Shown here one piece after another: positions 39,180 through 52,346 of a stretch of 64,000 bases of DNA (its first letter is position 1; every line of letters begins with the position of its first letter). Source of the DNA: Chrysomallon squamiferum (Eukaryota; Animalia; Mollusca); the NCBI GenBank assembly GCA_012295275.1, contig CM022668.1:14198001-14262000 (forward strand). The letters run 5' to 3'. Below the pieces are notes generated by a model. It saw only the letters and a program-made list of their open reading frames with translations. It was not told the DNA's origin and did no database searches. A program made the position numbers and the translations under genes.

Positions 39180-42100
39180 TCAGATTTTCAGTTTCCTTTT
39201 CAGTAAAGCAGCTAAACGTTGTCTAATTGATGTTAGGCTAAATGTATCTGATTCTTCTGCCTCTTCTTCTGCATCTTCTTCTTGTATACTTGACGAACTG
39301 TCAGATTCACTGTAGTCTTCACCATCATTATTTGTCAAAGCCTCTGACGTTTGTTGCATGCTTTCTGTTTTGTCTTCTACTGATGACATGCTTTGTATTT
39401 CATTTTCCATTGGTGGTGTACTTATTTCATTTTCCATTGGTGGTGTACTTATTTCATTTTCCATTGGTGGTGTGCTTATTTCATTTTCTACTAGTGGTGT
39501 ACTTATTTCATTTTCCATTGGTGGTGTGCTTATTTCATTTTCTTCTAGTGCTGTACTTATTTCATTTTCTTCTAGAGATGTACTAATTTCGTTTTCTATT
39601 AGTGGTGTACTAATTTCATTTTCTACTACTGGTATGCTTTTTTCAATTTCATCTTCTGCAGGGGTATACTTTCATCTTCTGCAGTTGCAAATATTCTCTT
39701 TCTTAATAGCTTTGATAAACGTACTCTAAGTTCAGTTATGCTAGTTGTATCCTCTTCCCAGTTCCCAACATTTTCAGTTCGTGCTTCGATTTCATTTTCT
39801 ACAGATGGCATACTTTCAATTTCATTTTCTACAGGTGGCATACTTTCAATTTCATTTTCTACAGGTGCCATACTTTCAATTTCATTTTCTACAGGTGCCA
39901 TACTTTCAATTTCATTTTCTACAGGTGGCATACTTTCAATTTCATTTTCTACAGGTGGCATACTTTCAATTTCATCTTCAGGTGACACACTTTCATCTTC
40001 TGCAGTTGCAAATATTCTGCTTCTTAATAGCTTTGATAAACGTACTCTAAGTTCAGTTATGTTAGTTTTATCCTCTTCCGAGTTTTCGACATTTTCAGTT
40101 CGTACTTCGATAGTTTGAACAATCGTTTGTGTGACAACTTCTGCCTGCGTTTCATTTTCTGTTGCATTGTCCAGTTTTTCAAGTTCTTTCTCCAGGTATT
40201 TATTTAAATATTGTGTAACCGCAGTTACATTGGTTTCGTTTTGTTTATTCCCATCAATGCTCGACAAACTAGGTTTCTGGATTATCGTTATTTTAGGATA
40301 TCTGTGTTTGTGGTGGCTGAACTTCGCCTGAATTCCTGGCACGGCAATAATTTCTGATCCATTTTCTATGTGAACTTGTGCTTCTCGTCCAGACTCTTCT
40401 TGTTTTTCAAGGAGAAGTGAGAAAAGTACATTGAGTAATATTTCGTACTCGTGAGCAGTCTTCACTGTCTGCTGTTCCACTGTTTCTGGTGGCATTTTTT
40501 TCTGCAGTATTTTAGCCAGACGTTCTCTCGTTAATGTTTTTTCTGATTTCACAGTTTGGTTATTCATGCCACCTTTATGGTTCTCTCTGTCCTCCGATAT
40601 TTTCAGTCTCGATTCTAAAATCGTAGCCAGACGTTCACGTAATTCTCTCGTTTTTGATTTCTTCACCTGTTCTTGTTTTATTGGGTATTCGTTAGTTGTT
40701 ATATTCGTTAACGGCACATTCTGGCCGTATATTCTTGAATGAAGTGATTTCATTTTCCTCAGCAAATCTTTCTTTATTTGTTTCTGCTTTTGTCGTTTTC
40801 TCATGGATTTCAGTTTGTTTTTCAGGACTTTAGCTATATATACTCTTTCAGCAAATTTCTTATGCTTTTTAACTCCTGTGGATTTTTGAGGCAATGTCAA
40901 GGTTTGAACTATTTTAATTTGTGTTTGTTCTTGTGTTTTATTTTCTTTCTCTTTCTTTTTTAACTTGCGAAGGTGGTAATTTCTCATCTTGAGATGGTGT
41001 TTCCTTCTCATTTCGGCCCTTTTCAGTTTTTTCTCAGCAGCATGGCTAATCTTTTTCTCATTTTCCTCTTTCTGTGATTTTTAATTATTTCTGTATGGGC
41101 AAAACTGTCCATTGGAGAAATCTTTTCTTTTTTTCTCTTGTGTTTTCTCTTAACATGACTGTGCTTTTTAGCGTCCGATACCAATTTCATTTGTTTAAGA
41201 ATCTTTCTTAATATAGGGTCCCCTCATTCGTCCTCAATTTTTTTCCGTTCCTTTTTTCTATTTGGACTCAGTTTACTTTCCAAATATAATGCCAAATGTT
41301 TTCTGTAGTCACATAATTTCTTTTTAGAACTGTTATCGCTTGGTTTGTTTGAATTAGGTAATGTAACAAGAGTGGTAATCGTGATTTCATTAGATTCTGG
41401 ATCCTTTTTTTCTGTTGGATTGTTGGGTTTTTTCCAATTTTTCAGGTGTTTAATGTTTGATGGCTCAATGAATCTGAAATGAGTTAGTGCTTCATCTACA
41501 TCGTTGATTTCCTTCACTTTGTCCACTGTCAGCTCAGTATCAAGTGTGTGACTGACATTTGTCGAGTTTTGATCATTGCTGTTCTCCACGGTTTGAACCG
41601 AACCGTCGTCTTCTTCTCTACTGATGTCTTTATAACTGCCGACTTCAGTCTTTGTTTTCTTCTTAGTAACACCCTTGAAGGCCTTACTGACTGTCTGATT
41701 CCTATTTATGTGATTACTACTTTTTATTACAAGTGAGTTTTTCCCTTTCTGCTGTTTCGATGTCTTTGAGATATCAGACGTTTTTGTGTTCGCCGTACTA
41801 CTGTGCATCGTGTCCTCGTGATCAGCTTCTTGATTTGGTCATTGCTGTTGGTCGCATTCATGCTGAGGCCCGAGTCTTCACCGTGTGATGTGGGAAGAGT
41901 TGTGTCGATGCCTTCGTTTACGGTTTTAGTGCTGTTGTCGATTTTCTCTCTCGTTATCCCATCAGCGTTTGTAATGAGGTTCATAATATTACTGACAACA
42001 TTTTGACTTCTGTTTACTGCTTGATCAGATGTATCAGATTCATCTTCGTAATCCATTCCATAATTATAATCGTCAGGATCTTCATCAAAGTGATTGTATC

Positions 42101-42222
42101 TGATAGTAAAATTTGCACGTGTGTTTCCTTGCTGTGTGGATTCTTCCACTGACCGAATGTTCCGTCTCAGTTTTGTTGGAGATGTGTCTTTGTCATCTGA
42201 GGTCACCTTGTCTGTTTGCTGT
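39180..42222 (-). pseudogene. Copy D: 5'-truncated, disrupted near-identical duplicate of gene E
   Basis: D is colinear with 48828-~51835. It has an in-frame TGA at 41224-41226 and frameshifts near 41835, 41030 and 39661. Homology ends abruptly at ~42222. Confidence 0.8.
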
Positions 42223-42582
42223 CATATCACAGCCTTTATTTTAGATCATTAACTTCAATCTTTTGGCAGTATAATATCACATTGTCCTTTTATTTTTATA
42301 GTTACTTTTATTCTGAACTAGAAGCATTAATTCTGTTCTCAACCTGTGATCCAATCTGAAAGATGAAAAGCTCAGTAATTTGGCATTAATGAATGTAGAA
42401 TCGCCTTTGCAATATTGTCGATCAGTCTGTTCAAAAATCTGATATAATTAGATATACTATCAGTAGAGAATGTATATACTTACACAGATATTCGAAAGAT
42501 ACGTAGACAGATGACAACGATGATAATAATAATAATTATATAATAGTAGCAGCAACATTATACAGATAGAAATAGTAATTAG

Positions 42583-42621
<39 letters not shown>

Positions 42622-42761
42622 TGCGACAATAGAAAGTCCTTTATTTTTAATTACCCGGGCTTCCATTTGGTAGTCATAACGAAGATCTTGTTTCAAGACT
42701 GGGTAGATTTTTCACACGAATCTAGCGAGGGTTTATATAAGAGGGATTGGATAGATAATAT

Positions 42762-42863
<102 letters not shown>

Positions 42864-44779
42864 CAAATGAATTCAAAGTACAAAGCTCGTTATTATTAGA
42901 TGCGACTTGTAGGTACCTAACAAAGATTATAACTGATGTAGGACAGTGAGTGGATCGTAACTGGCTGTTATCGGAGAAACACGTTTTGCTCGGGAACAGA
43001 CCTGTTTTATCAATACTTATGTAAAACTACAACGAATATTGTGCTGTAGTTGTCGCCAAGCGGCTACCACAGACTAAATCTTTAGTAAACAGTCCTAACT
43101 GAATTCAATTCTGCGATTTTAGTAACTTGGGAAAAAGACAAAATTTGGCATCGTGTAAGATATTTTAAACTTATTTTTTAATTAATTAATAAAACTAATT
43201 GTGTAGGCTATATTCATAGAATAATGTATTAGATTAACAGATGTTCACAGGTGACACATTCTCAAATGTCACTGCATTAATAAAGAACTAAACAAAATGT
43301 TTACTTCACTTTTACTCACTGTATCGTCAGTCACGTCTTTTGTGACATTCAAACATAAACACGAGTTTGTTCTTGTCATTTTCAGCAGATTGGCTTCATG
43401 ATTGTTTTATTTATTTTATTTTATTTTATTTTATTTTATTTTATCTTATTTTATCTGATTTATTTTATTTATTTATTTATTTATTATATTTTCATTTTCA
43501 TTTACTCCCCTTGTCGATATATTTAACAGCTTGATATAATAATGATAAGAAATAAATTTGTTCAAATAAAAATCATATAGTAGTGTGCAATTATTTTATT
43601 GTTGAAAATAAATATTCAGAATTACACTCGTTTTAATTTATACGTTAAAAAATACTAACCTAATTTAAAAAAAGGGAGCATTCCTTTCGTTGTAACTGAA
43701 TTATTGATTTTTCAAACAAATAGCTTTCATTTCTGTATAACGAAAATACTGATTGATTTTTGAATATTTCTATATCTTTAACTATGATATCTTTGATTTA
43801 TACGCAGTGTTGTGTGTATTTATGTTCGATTTATACGCAGTGTATGAATGTATGTTCGAATGTTATTGTTTGTGTCTGTGTGGTTAAAGAAATATAATTA
43901 TCGATCAAAGGTTCATATAACATAAAACGTGTGGTCCGTGTTATCATAAAACATCAAATAGAAATTAACAGACTAATTAGATTACGTACAAAACAACTGA
44001 GTCGACCCGAGAAGTAAAAACTAATAGTTAGTAAAGCAGGTAAACGGTGTTGAAACTGTTGGGATAGTAAATTGCTATTTTCGCAGAAATACGTTTTCGT
44101 CAGGAATAAATACGTTTTCCCTTAGCAATAAATATATGTTTCTTCAGGATGAAAGACATATAGTATTGCTAAGGCTGCCTAGGTTCAAGCCTAAGGGCCC
44201 CTAAAAGCAAGGAGCCATGCAATCATTTTTCTTTCTTCTTCTTTCAGTGTTAAATGATAATACTATGCACACTTGAAAAGACTCATGCGCTTCACTGAAA
44301 TTAATTTATAGGAAACCTCTTAGAGACGCTAAGGGTGTGGGTTTTTTATATAAAATTTATCAAAATTCTTTATTAATTTTTTTTATTGCATTGGAATGTT
44401 TAGCAGTTTAATAGAGCAATATTAATAAGTTTGTTCAAATAAAATTGAAGCAGATTCACGGTATTTAAATTACTAAACTGGTAATAGCAGTGAGTGTGAT
44501 GTGTACTTGTAGTAGTAAGAGTGGTTTGAGAGGCAGTAACAGTAATAGTAGTTGTGATAATGATGATAATAATGATTATTTAACTTTATCAACAACAACA
44601 AAATGAAAATAATACTTTATACCGATACACAGACTGACAGATTTATGCATCACTAGTCAAACCATAACGATGATAATAATAAAGATTTATAATATTAACA
44701 ATAATAGCAACAGTGGGAAGATAAAAATAATATCTTCGATTCTACATTGTAACACTGAGTTTATTTGAAATTTTTTCAG

Positions 44780-45630
44780 ATTCCGTTACTCACAATGAAC
44801 TGCGGCTTGTTTTGATTGGAATTACTGGCTCAGGAAAAAGTGCGTCAGCAAACACCATCCTAGGAGAGAAGTGTTTTGATTCTAAAGCTAGTGCTTCTCC
44901 AGTACTACAACCAGCAAGACAGAACGCAAAACTCGATTTGGTCAGGATATCGTCATCGTTAATACGCCAGGACCATTTGACACTGAACGTTTACAAGGAG
45001 AGATTACGAGAGAAATCATCCAGTGTATAACGATGTGTGCTCCAGGACCACATGCTTTCATCATGGTTCTGCAGGCAAAGAGGTTTACTCCAGAAGAACA
45101 AAATGCAATTAAATACTTCGAGGACATATTTGGAGATAAAATATATGATTACATGTTCCTCCTGTTCACCCGAATTGACGATCTTGAAGAGGACGAAACA
45201 GATCTTGAAGAATTTCTAAGTGAGGCACCAGAAAACCTGAAAGAATTTAATCGACAAATGTGGACGAAGATATGTTGGATTTAACAATCGGGAAAAAGAC
45301 AAGAAAAAGAAAGAAGAAATGGCTAAGCAACTGATCGACATGATTAAAGTCAATGTTGACAGAAATGGTGGTACATGTTACACATCAGCCTTTATGGAAG
45401 CTGCACAGAAAGAAGTAAAGAAACGTGAAAAAGAAATTCAAGAAAATGGAAAGAAAAAAAAGCTAAAAAATTATAGTCCAAATATTTAGAAGAATTAATG
45501 ATTCAAAGACATGAAAAAAGGAAGCAGAAAGAACACAGGTTTTCTTGGTGCCGAGAAACTTCAGGGGGAAAATAGTTGAATGAAAAGATGGAACAAAGAA
45601 ATTCACCAACTAAACGAGGTTTAGTAAAAT
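44780..45630 (+). pseudogene. GIMAP-like pseudogene (paralog of 35770-36635)
   Basis: Same acceptor context as the intact copy, with [22 protein letters not shown] and CAPGPHAFIMVL. Frameshifts occur near 44900, 45248 and in the 3' part, and G3 DTPG reads NTPG. Confidence 0.8.
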
Positions 45631-46519
45631 GTTAGAGATAAAAGGGAAGCAATGTAAGAACATTTTGTTATTTAAAAAAACAACAAAGGACTAACTACTG
45701 AACTGAATATAAACTTTGTCATAATTAGTGTAAAGATCTCTATAGTTTTTTTTTTTTAACATGTATATTTCTGTGAAAAAACCGAATATCCATTGATATA
45801 TTTTTCTTTTATAAAATATGCTGTAGATGTTTCTTTTCTATATACATAAAACATTAGTTTCTTACATTTTGGTGTTTTTGTGTTGAAGTAGAATCCTATC
45901 TTTACAGCAAACTATATTAAAATAAAATAAAATAAACTATTGTGAAACATTTCGCAGCAAACGTTAATTTGACTTTGTTCTGTTTACACGATACATGTAG
46001 GTTTGAGTCAATTTATTTAGTAGATTTCTATGTATATCCTCCTGTGTGTATTTTTATATTTATATGTTTGTTGTAATGTTTGTTATTGTTAGTACTACTG
46101 CTACAGTTACTGCTATTGCTGCTACTACTTATATCTGATAAATGAAGTGAATATTACTGAAAAAGCTTAAACGTTTTTAATATTTAAAGTTGATATAAAT
46201 TTTTTTCTTATTTTATCATCAAAACCAGACTGATATAAGGATATCTATATATGTATATATCGATGTATACGCAGAGACAGAGAGAGATTTGAATATAATT
46301 ATGGTTTATAATCCATTGTTCTGTAGAACCATACATATAGTAAAAGAATTAATTTAAATTCATCTTTAAACATTCTATTATTAATGTCTTAAGATCCCTG
46401 AGGTTTGTCTCTGTTCCATTTTTGTAAGAATTGATCACATAAAATTATTTAACAGCAAGTTTTAACCACAACACAATTTCTTGGACACATGAATAGCTGC
46501 TACACAAACCACATCCACC

Positions 46520-47764
46520 TAGTAAATCTTTCATAGAAAATAACCAAAGAATTGATATAGAATTCATATTATGGTTTTATACGATAATTATATGTATAAA
46601 ATAGCTGACAATTTATACTCTTTACAGTTAACAGTCTTTGCCCAAAATGTAATCATTCTTACTTATAGATAATGGATATCTCTTTCTTCTTCTATTTTTT
46701 TTCTTTTTGATACCGTCATTAGCTTGTGTGATTTGTGATTAATGGCCTGCTGTTTAATATATATTAAAAGAATGCTTTTTTTCCAGAACTACATTAGTAA
46801 TTCATTGATAGAGAAATTTTAACGGCTTTGTTCATTATTAAGTTATGTAGAAATTAAAACTATGTCATTCTCAATGTTCATTTTCAAAAGAAAATAATTA
46901 CATAGCACTGCATATGTCTGCATTTGAACTAATCTGTTAGAGGAAATTATAAGACAGGGGAGATAATCTGAAAAAATGATAATACATATACATAATAAAT
47001 TAGGAGAACTGTTGTCGAAAGGCAACGTAAATAATGATGATTTATTGTTAATTTTTTTATATAAATAAATATATATATTTAATTAATACTTGTTCTTATC
47101 TTCTTTCTTTTATTGTTATTATTTTTTACTTTCAGTTTATTATTATTATTATTATTATTTTAAATTCATTAAATTCTGAACAATAAAGTTAAATATGTCG
47201 ATATATAAACATAAAGATAATTTGCAACAGAGACAAGAATTTAAAAAAAAAATCAATTAATGAATTAAACAAATATTAATGAATGATTATATAATACGGA
47301 TATAAATATATTTGAAAGATAATTTTCAAGAAACCAGATGAATTATAAACCACTTTGAAACATGGCGTATTATATATAATTTAAGAAAATCTTTCGTCGA
47401 AACATGAAATGAGAAAGTTTAAATAGTAAAACAAGACTGAAACATCGCTCAAAGAAAACGAAAGGGACTAAACTAAGGAGCCGAGGATGAGGACATAATT
47501 TTACAGAAAACTGATTTTATTTCCGCAGTGTTAGATATTATTACAAGAAAAAAAAATCAAACAATTAATTGTACAGTAAACTTATTTAAATAAAAATGGC
47601 ACTTAACGACAGGAGTAATTCGCAGTATAGACAAAAATGCACAAAAGACGAATCTACCACAGTTTGTAAAAATGTGTTTTGAAAAATCGACATTCTTGGA
47701 AAACAGATTGTAAAAGAATTCCTTTTTAAAATAAAAATGATAATTATTTTTTATTTCCTTTGTT

Positions 47765-47807
<43 letters not shown>

Positions 47808-50800
47808 TTATTTAATGCTGGTGCTCCGATTCACCCAGGAAATCATGTAAAGAAGAACGAAATATGGCGGCACTCTTAATGAAATTAACGTAGTTGCTTT
47901 GAATAGATTTTATTTACTGTATTACTTTTACATCTGTGAATGGTTTATTTTAACCATTTATTTTATTTAGGTGTAAAATATTTTAGCTAGAGTCAAATGG
48001 CCGCGAATAACTTTATGAGTTTGGAGACATTTTATTAATGTCATTAAATGAAAGACTGGATTCACGTCAATACTTACAGATGGTTTACTTATTCTTTTCA
48101 CAATGGTAAAAACCCAATACACATCTGGATCAAGCATTTTGGACAAATGACTTTCAATCTCTATGGACAAATATCTATAAGGTACAAATGGTAAGAAAAT
48201 AATAATTAAAAAATGGTTGTAACATTACGAAATAATTATAAACATCAAGACGGTAAACTTGATATTGTTTTATTTTAATTCCTGCTAAATATCATTTAGG
48301 TTCCTTTTTCTTTACGAAACCGTAGTAAGATAAAAATAATGATAAATTATCAGTTATCTATGTATCCAAAGTATTGCCATTTAACTTTGAATTATATATA
48401 TTTTTTAATTAATAATTTTATTATTATTTTTTTATTATTATTATTTTTTTTTTTATTATTATTTCATTTTGATTAATTATGATAATAATTATTAATTTTA
48501 TTTTTCTCCTTATTTTTTTTTCTTTTTCATTTTCATTTTTGTCTTTATGATAAATAATGAAATGAAAGAATAAAAAACAACATTATTTTTCTCCTTATCA
48601 TTTTTATTAAATAATAATGAATCAATACCAAGAACAAAAGAACAACAAGAGTGAATATTAATTAAATATATCCATTTATTAGCATCAAATCAATAAAAAC
48701 AAATAATAATAATAATAATTTATGAAAAAAGTAAAAGAAATTTAAAAATCACAATGTTTAAGTAATCACAATAATTATCATCATCCAGGTTTAGGATTGA
48801 TTCTTCTTCTACAAAGTTTGTTTAGTCTCAGATTTTCAGTTTCCTTTTCAGTAAAGCAGCTAAACGCTGTCTAATTGATGTTAGGCTAAATGTATCTGAT
48901 TCTTCTGCCTCTTCTTCTGCATCTTCTTCTTGTATACTTGATGAAGTGTCAGATTCACTGTAGTCTTCACCATCATTATTTGTCAAAGCCTCTGACGTTT
49001 GTTGCATGCTTTCTGTTTTGTCTTCTACTGATGACATGCTTTGTATTTCATTTTCCATTGGTGGTGTACTTATTTCATTTTCCATTGGTGGTGTACTTAT
49101 TTCATTTTCCATTGGTGGTGTGCTTATTTCATTTTCTACTAGTGGTGTACTTATTTCATTTTCCATTGGTGGTGTGCTTATTTCATTTTCTTCTAGTGCT
49201 GTACTTATTTCATTTTCTTCTAGTGGTGGACTAATTTCATTTTCTACTACTGGTATGCTTTTTTCAATTTCATCTTCTGCAGGGGGTATACTTTCATCTT
49301 CTGCAGTTGCAAATATTCTCTTTCTTAATAGCTTTGATAAACGTACTCTAAGTTCAGTTATGCTAGTTGTATCCTCTTCCCAGTTCCCAACATTTTCAGT
49401 TCGTGCTTCGATTTCATTTTCTACAGATGGCATACTTTCAATTTCATTTTCTACAGGTGGCATACTTTCAATTTCATTTTCTACAGGTGCCATACTTTCA
49501 ATTTCATTTTCTACAGGTGCCATACTTTCAATTTCATTTTCTACAGGTGGCATACCTTCAATTTCATTTTCTACAGGTGGCATACTTTCAATTTCATCTT
49601 CAGGTGACATACTTTCATCTTCTGCAGTTGCAAATATTCTGTTTCTTAATAGCTTTGATAAACGTACTCTAAGTTCAGTTATGTTAGTTTTATCCTCTTC
49701 CGAGTTTTCGACATTTTCAGTTCGTACTTCGATAGTTTGAACAATCGTTTGTGTGACAACTTCTGCCTGCGTTTCATTTTCTGTTGCATTGTCCAGTTTT
49801 TCAAGTTCTTTCTCCAGGTATTTATTTAAATATTGTGTAACCGCAGTTACATTGGTTTTGTTTTGTTTATTCCCATCAATGCTCGACAAACTAGGTTTCT
49901 GGATTATCGTTATTTTAGGATATCTGTGTTTGTGGTGGCTGAACTTCGCCTGAATTCCTGGCACAGCAATAATTTCTGATCCATTTTCTATGTGAACTTG
50001 TGCTTCTCGTCCAGACTCTTCTTGTTTTTCAAGGAGAAGTGAGAAAAGTACATTCAGTAATATTTCATACTCGTGAGCAGTCTTCACTGTCTGCTGTTCC
50101 ACTGTTTCTGGTGGCATTTTTTTCTGCAGTATTTTAGCCAGACGTTCTCTCGTTAATGTTTTTTCTGATTTCACAGTTTGGTTATTCATGCCACCTTTAT
50201 GGTTCTCTCTGTCCTCCGATATTTTCAGTCTCGATTCTAAAATCGTTGCCAAACGTTCACGCAATTCTCTCGTTTTTGATTTCTTCACCTGTTGTTGTTT
50301 TATTGGGTATTCGTTAGTTGTTATATTCGTTAACGGCACATTCTGGCCGTATATTCTCGAATGAAGTGATTTCATTTTCCTCAGCAAATCTTTCTTTATT
50401 TGTTTCTGCTTTTGTCGTTTTCTCATGGATTTCAGTTTGTTTTTCAGGACTTTAGCTATATATACTCTTTCAGCAAATTTCTTATGCTTTTTAACTCCTG
50501 TGGATTTTTGAGGCAATGTCAAGGTTTGAACTATTTTAATTTGTGTTTGTTCTTGTGTTTTATTTTCTTTCTCTTTCTTTTTTAACTTGCGAAGGTGGTA
50601 ATTTCTCATCTTGAGATGGTGTTTCCTTCTCATTTCGGCCCTTTTCAGTTTTTTTCTCAGCAGCATGGCTAATCTTTTTCTCATTTTCCTCTTTCTGTGA
50701 TTTTTAATTATTTCTGTATGGGCAAAACTGTCCATTGGTGAAATATTTTCTTTTTTCTTCTTAACATGACTGTGCTTTTTAGCGTCCGATACCAATTTCA

Positions 50801-51835
50801 TTTGTTTAAGAATCTTTCTTAATATAGGGTCCCCTGATTGGTCCTCAATTTTTTTCCGTTCCTTTTTTCTATTTGGACTGAGTTTACTTTCCAAATATAA
50901 TGCCAAATGTTTTCTGTAGTCAGATAATTTGTTTTTAGAACTGTTATCGCTTGGTTTGTTTGAATTAGGTAAACTAACAAGAGTGGTAATCGTGATTTCA
51001 TTCGACTCTGGTTTCTTTTTTTCTGTTGTTGTGTTGGGTTTAATCCAATTTTTCAGGTGTTTAATGTTTGATGGCTCAATGAATCTGAAATGAGTTAGTG
51101 CTTCATCTACATCGTTGATTTCCTTCACTTTGTCCACTGTCAGCTCCGTGTCAAGTGTGTTACTGACATTTGTCGAGCTTTGATCATTACTGTTCTCCAC
51201 GGTTTGAACTGAACCATCGTCTTCTTCTATACTGATATCTTCATAACTGCTGACTTCAGTCTTTGTTTTCTTCTTAGTAACACCCTTGAAGGCCTTACTG
51301 ACTGTCTGATTCCTATTTATGTGATTACTACTTTTTATTACAAGTGAGTTTTTCCCTTTCTGCTGATTCGATGTCTTTGAGATATCAGACGTTTTTGTGT
51401 TCGCCGTACTACTGTGCATCGTGTCCTCGTGATCAGCTTCTTGATTTGTGTCATTGGTGTTGGTCGCATTCATGCTGAGACCTGAGTCTTCAGCGTGTGT
51501 GATGATGGGAGTCGCATCGATGCCTTCGTTTACGGTTTTACTGCTGTTGTCGATTTTCTCTCTCGTTATCACATCAGCGTTTGTAATGAGGTTCATGATA
51601 TTACTGACAACATTTTGACTTCTGTTTACTGCTTGATCAGATGTATCAGATTGATCTTCGTAATCCATTCCATAATTATAATCGTCGGGATCTTCATCAA
51701 AGTGATTGTATCTGATAGTAAAATTTGCACGTGTGTTTCCTTGCTGTGCGGATTCTTCCGCTGACCGAATGTTCCGTCTCAGTTTTGTTGAAGATGTGTC
51801 TTTGTCATCTGATGCCACCTTGTCTGTTTGCTGTG
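46520..51835. repeat. Segmental tandem duplication of ~37110-42222 (offset ~9.4-9.6 kb)
   Basis: Non-coding and coding sequence are near-identical, for example 37110-38250 vs 46520-47620 and 38260-42222 vs 47950-51835. The more diverged GIMAP paralogs lie just upstream of each copy. Confidence 0.9.
47864..47906 (+). pseudogene. Second, more decayed orphan copy of LSm5 exon 1
   Basis: AGGAAATCATGTAAAGAAGAACGAAATATGGCGGCACTCTTAATGAAATTAACGTAGTTGCTTTGAATAG aligns to the LSm5 leader and exon 1. It has internal stops and has lost the donor. Confidence 0.5.
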
Positions 51836-52346
51836 ACAAAATTTTGGGTGTATCTTTCATTACATTCTGCTTATTGGACACATTTTTCTGTGTTGTTATT
51901 GGCATGTGGTGCATTAATTTTTGGTTTAATCGTTTGGGTTCGTGTTTTTTCGCGTCCTGCATTTGTGACACTACGCTGTCATATTTTGTATGGGTCCATG
52001 AAGTTATCGGCATGTAGCTCATCAGTATTTGGTTTAATGTTTTGGGTTTAATTTTTTTAAGCTCATCCTTTTCAGATGCTGCGTTATCGCGTTTTGTGAG
52101 GGTAGATTCTGATGGAATATCCTCTTGTCCAATAGGCTTGTTTTGTAAGCCATTTGGCTGTTGTGATTGAATTTTCATGATAGTTTCACTTTGTGACATT
52201 AACTTGTCTAGTGTCTTGGCTCTCTGGTCTATCATGATCCTATCATCCTTCCTTGTCTTGCCAATCTGCTGTGGCTTGGTTAGCTTTGGCATCGGAGGAT
52301 TTTCTTTAATGCGTTCCTGTTGTTTGTTTTCCAGGGTAAGCAGAGT
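48828..52346 (-). CDS. Gene E: large exon (1172 codons) of a gene-B paralog; signal-peptide exon not found
   Basis: The acceptor GATCTCTTAG precedes 52346, equivalent to B's acceptor and in frame with the 1154-aa ORF. It is uninterrupted and colinear with B, with expanded PPVENEIESM and PPMENEIST repeats. Confidence 0.8.
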   Translation of the reverse strand, partial: TLLTLENKQQERIKENPPMPKLTKPQQIGKTRKDDRIMIDQRAKTLDKLMSQSETIMKIQSQQPNGLQNKPIGQEDIPSESTLTKRDNAASEKDELKKIKPKTLNQILMSYMPITSWTHTKYDSVVSQMQDAKKHEPKRLNQKLMHHMPITTQKNVSNKQNVMKDTPKILSQQTDKVASDDKDTSSTKLRRNIRSAEESAQQGNTRANFTIRYNHFDEDPDDYNYGMDYEDQSDTSDQAVNRSQNVVSNIMNLITNADVITREKIDNSSKTVNEGIDATPIITHAEDSGLSMNATNTNDTNQEADHEDTMHSSTANTKTSDISKTSNQQKGKNSLVIKSSNHINRNQTVSKAFKGVTKKKTKTEVSSYEDISIEEDDGSVQTVENSNDQSSTNVSNTLDTELTVDKVKEINDVDEALTHFRFIEPSNIKHLKNWIKPNTTTEKKKPESNEITITTLVSLPNSNKPSDNSSKNKLSDYRKHLALYLESKLSPNRKKERKKIEDQSGDPILRKILKQMKLVSDAKKHSHVKKKKENISPMDSFAHTEIIKNHRKRKMRKRLAMLLRKKLKRAEMRRKHHLKMRNYHLRKLKKKEKENKTQEQTQIKIVQTLTLPQKSTGVKKHKKFAERVYIAKVLKNKLKSMRKRQKQKQIKKDLLRKMKSLHSRIYGQNVPLTNITTNEYPIKQQQVKKSKTRELRERLATILESRLKISEDRENHKGGMNNQTVKSEKTLTRERLAKILQKKMPPETVEQQTVKTAHEYEILLNVLFSLLLEKQEESGREAQVHIENGSEIIAVPGIQAKFSHHKHRYPKITIIQKPSLSSIDGNKQNKTNVTAVTQYLNKYLEKELEKLDNATENETQAEVVTQTIVQTIEVRTENVENSEEDKTNITELRVRLSKLLRNRIFATAEDESMSPEDEIESMPPVENEIEGMPPVENEIESMAPVENEIESMAPVENEIESMPPVENEIESMPSVENEIEARTENVGNWEEDTTSITELRVRLSKLLRKRIFATAEDESIPPAEDEIEKSIPVVENEISPPLEENEISTALEENEISTPPMENEISTPLVENEISTPPMENEISTPPMENEISTPPMENEIQSMSSVEDKTESMQQTSEALTNNDGEDYSESDTSSSIQEEDAEEEAEESDTFSLTSIRQRLAALLKRKLKI

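Noticed and set aside
49006-49740. 244-aa plus-strand ISFSTGG-repeat ORF and similar antisense ORFs over A, B, D and F
   Set aside because: They are antisense shadows of repetitive coding sequence with no independent gene signals.
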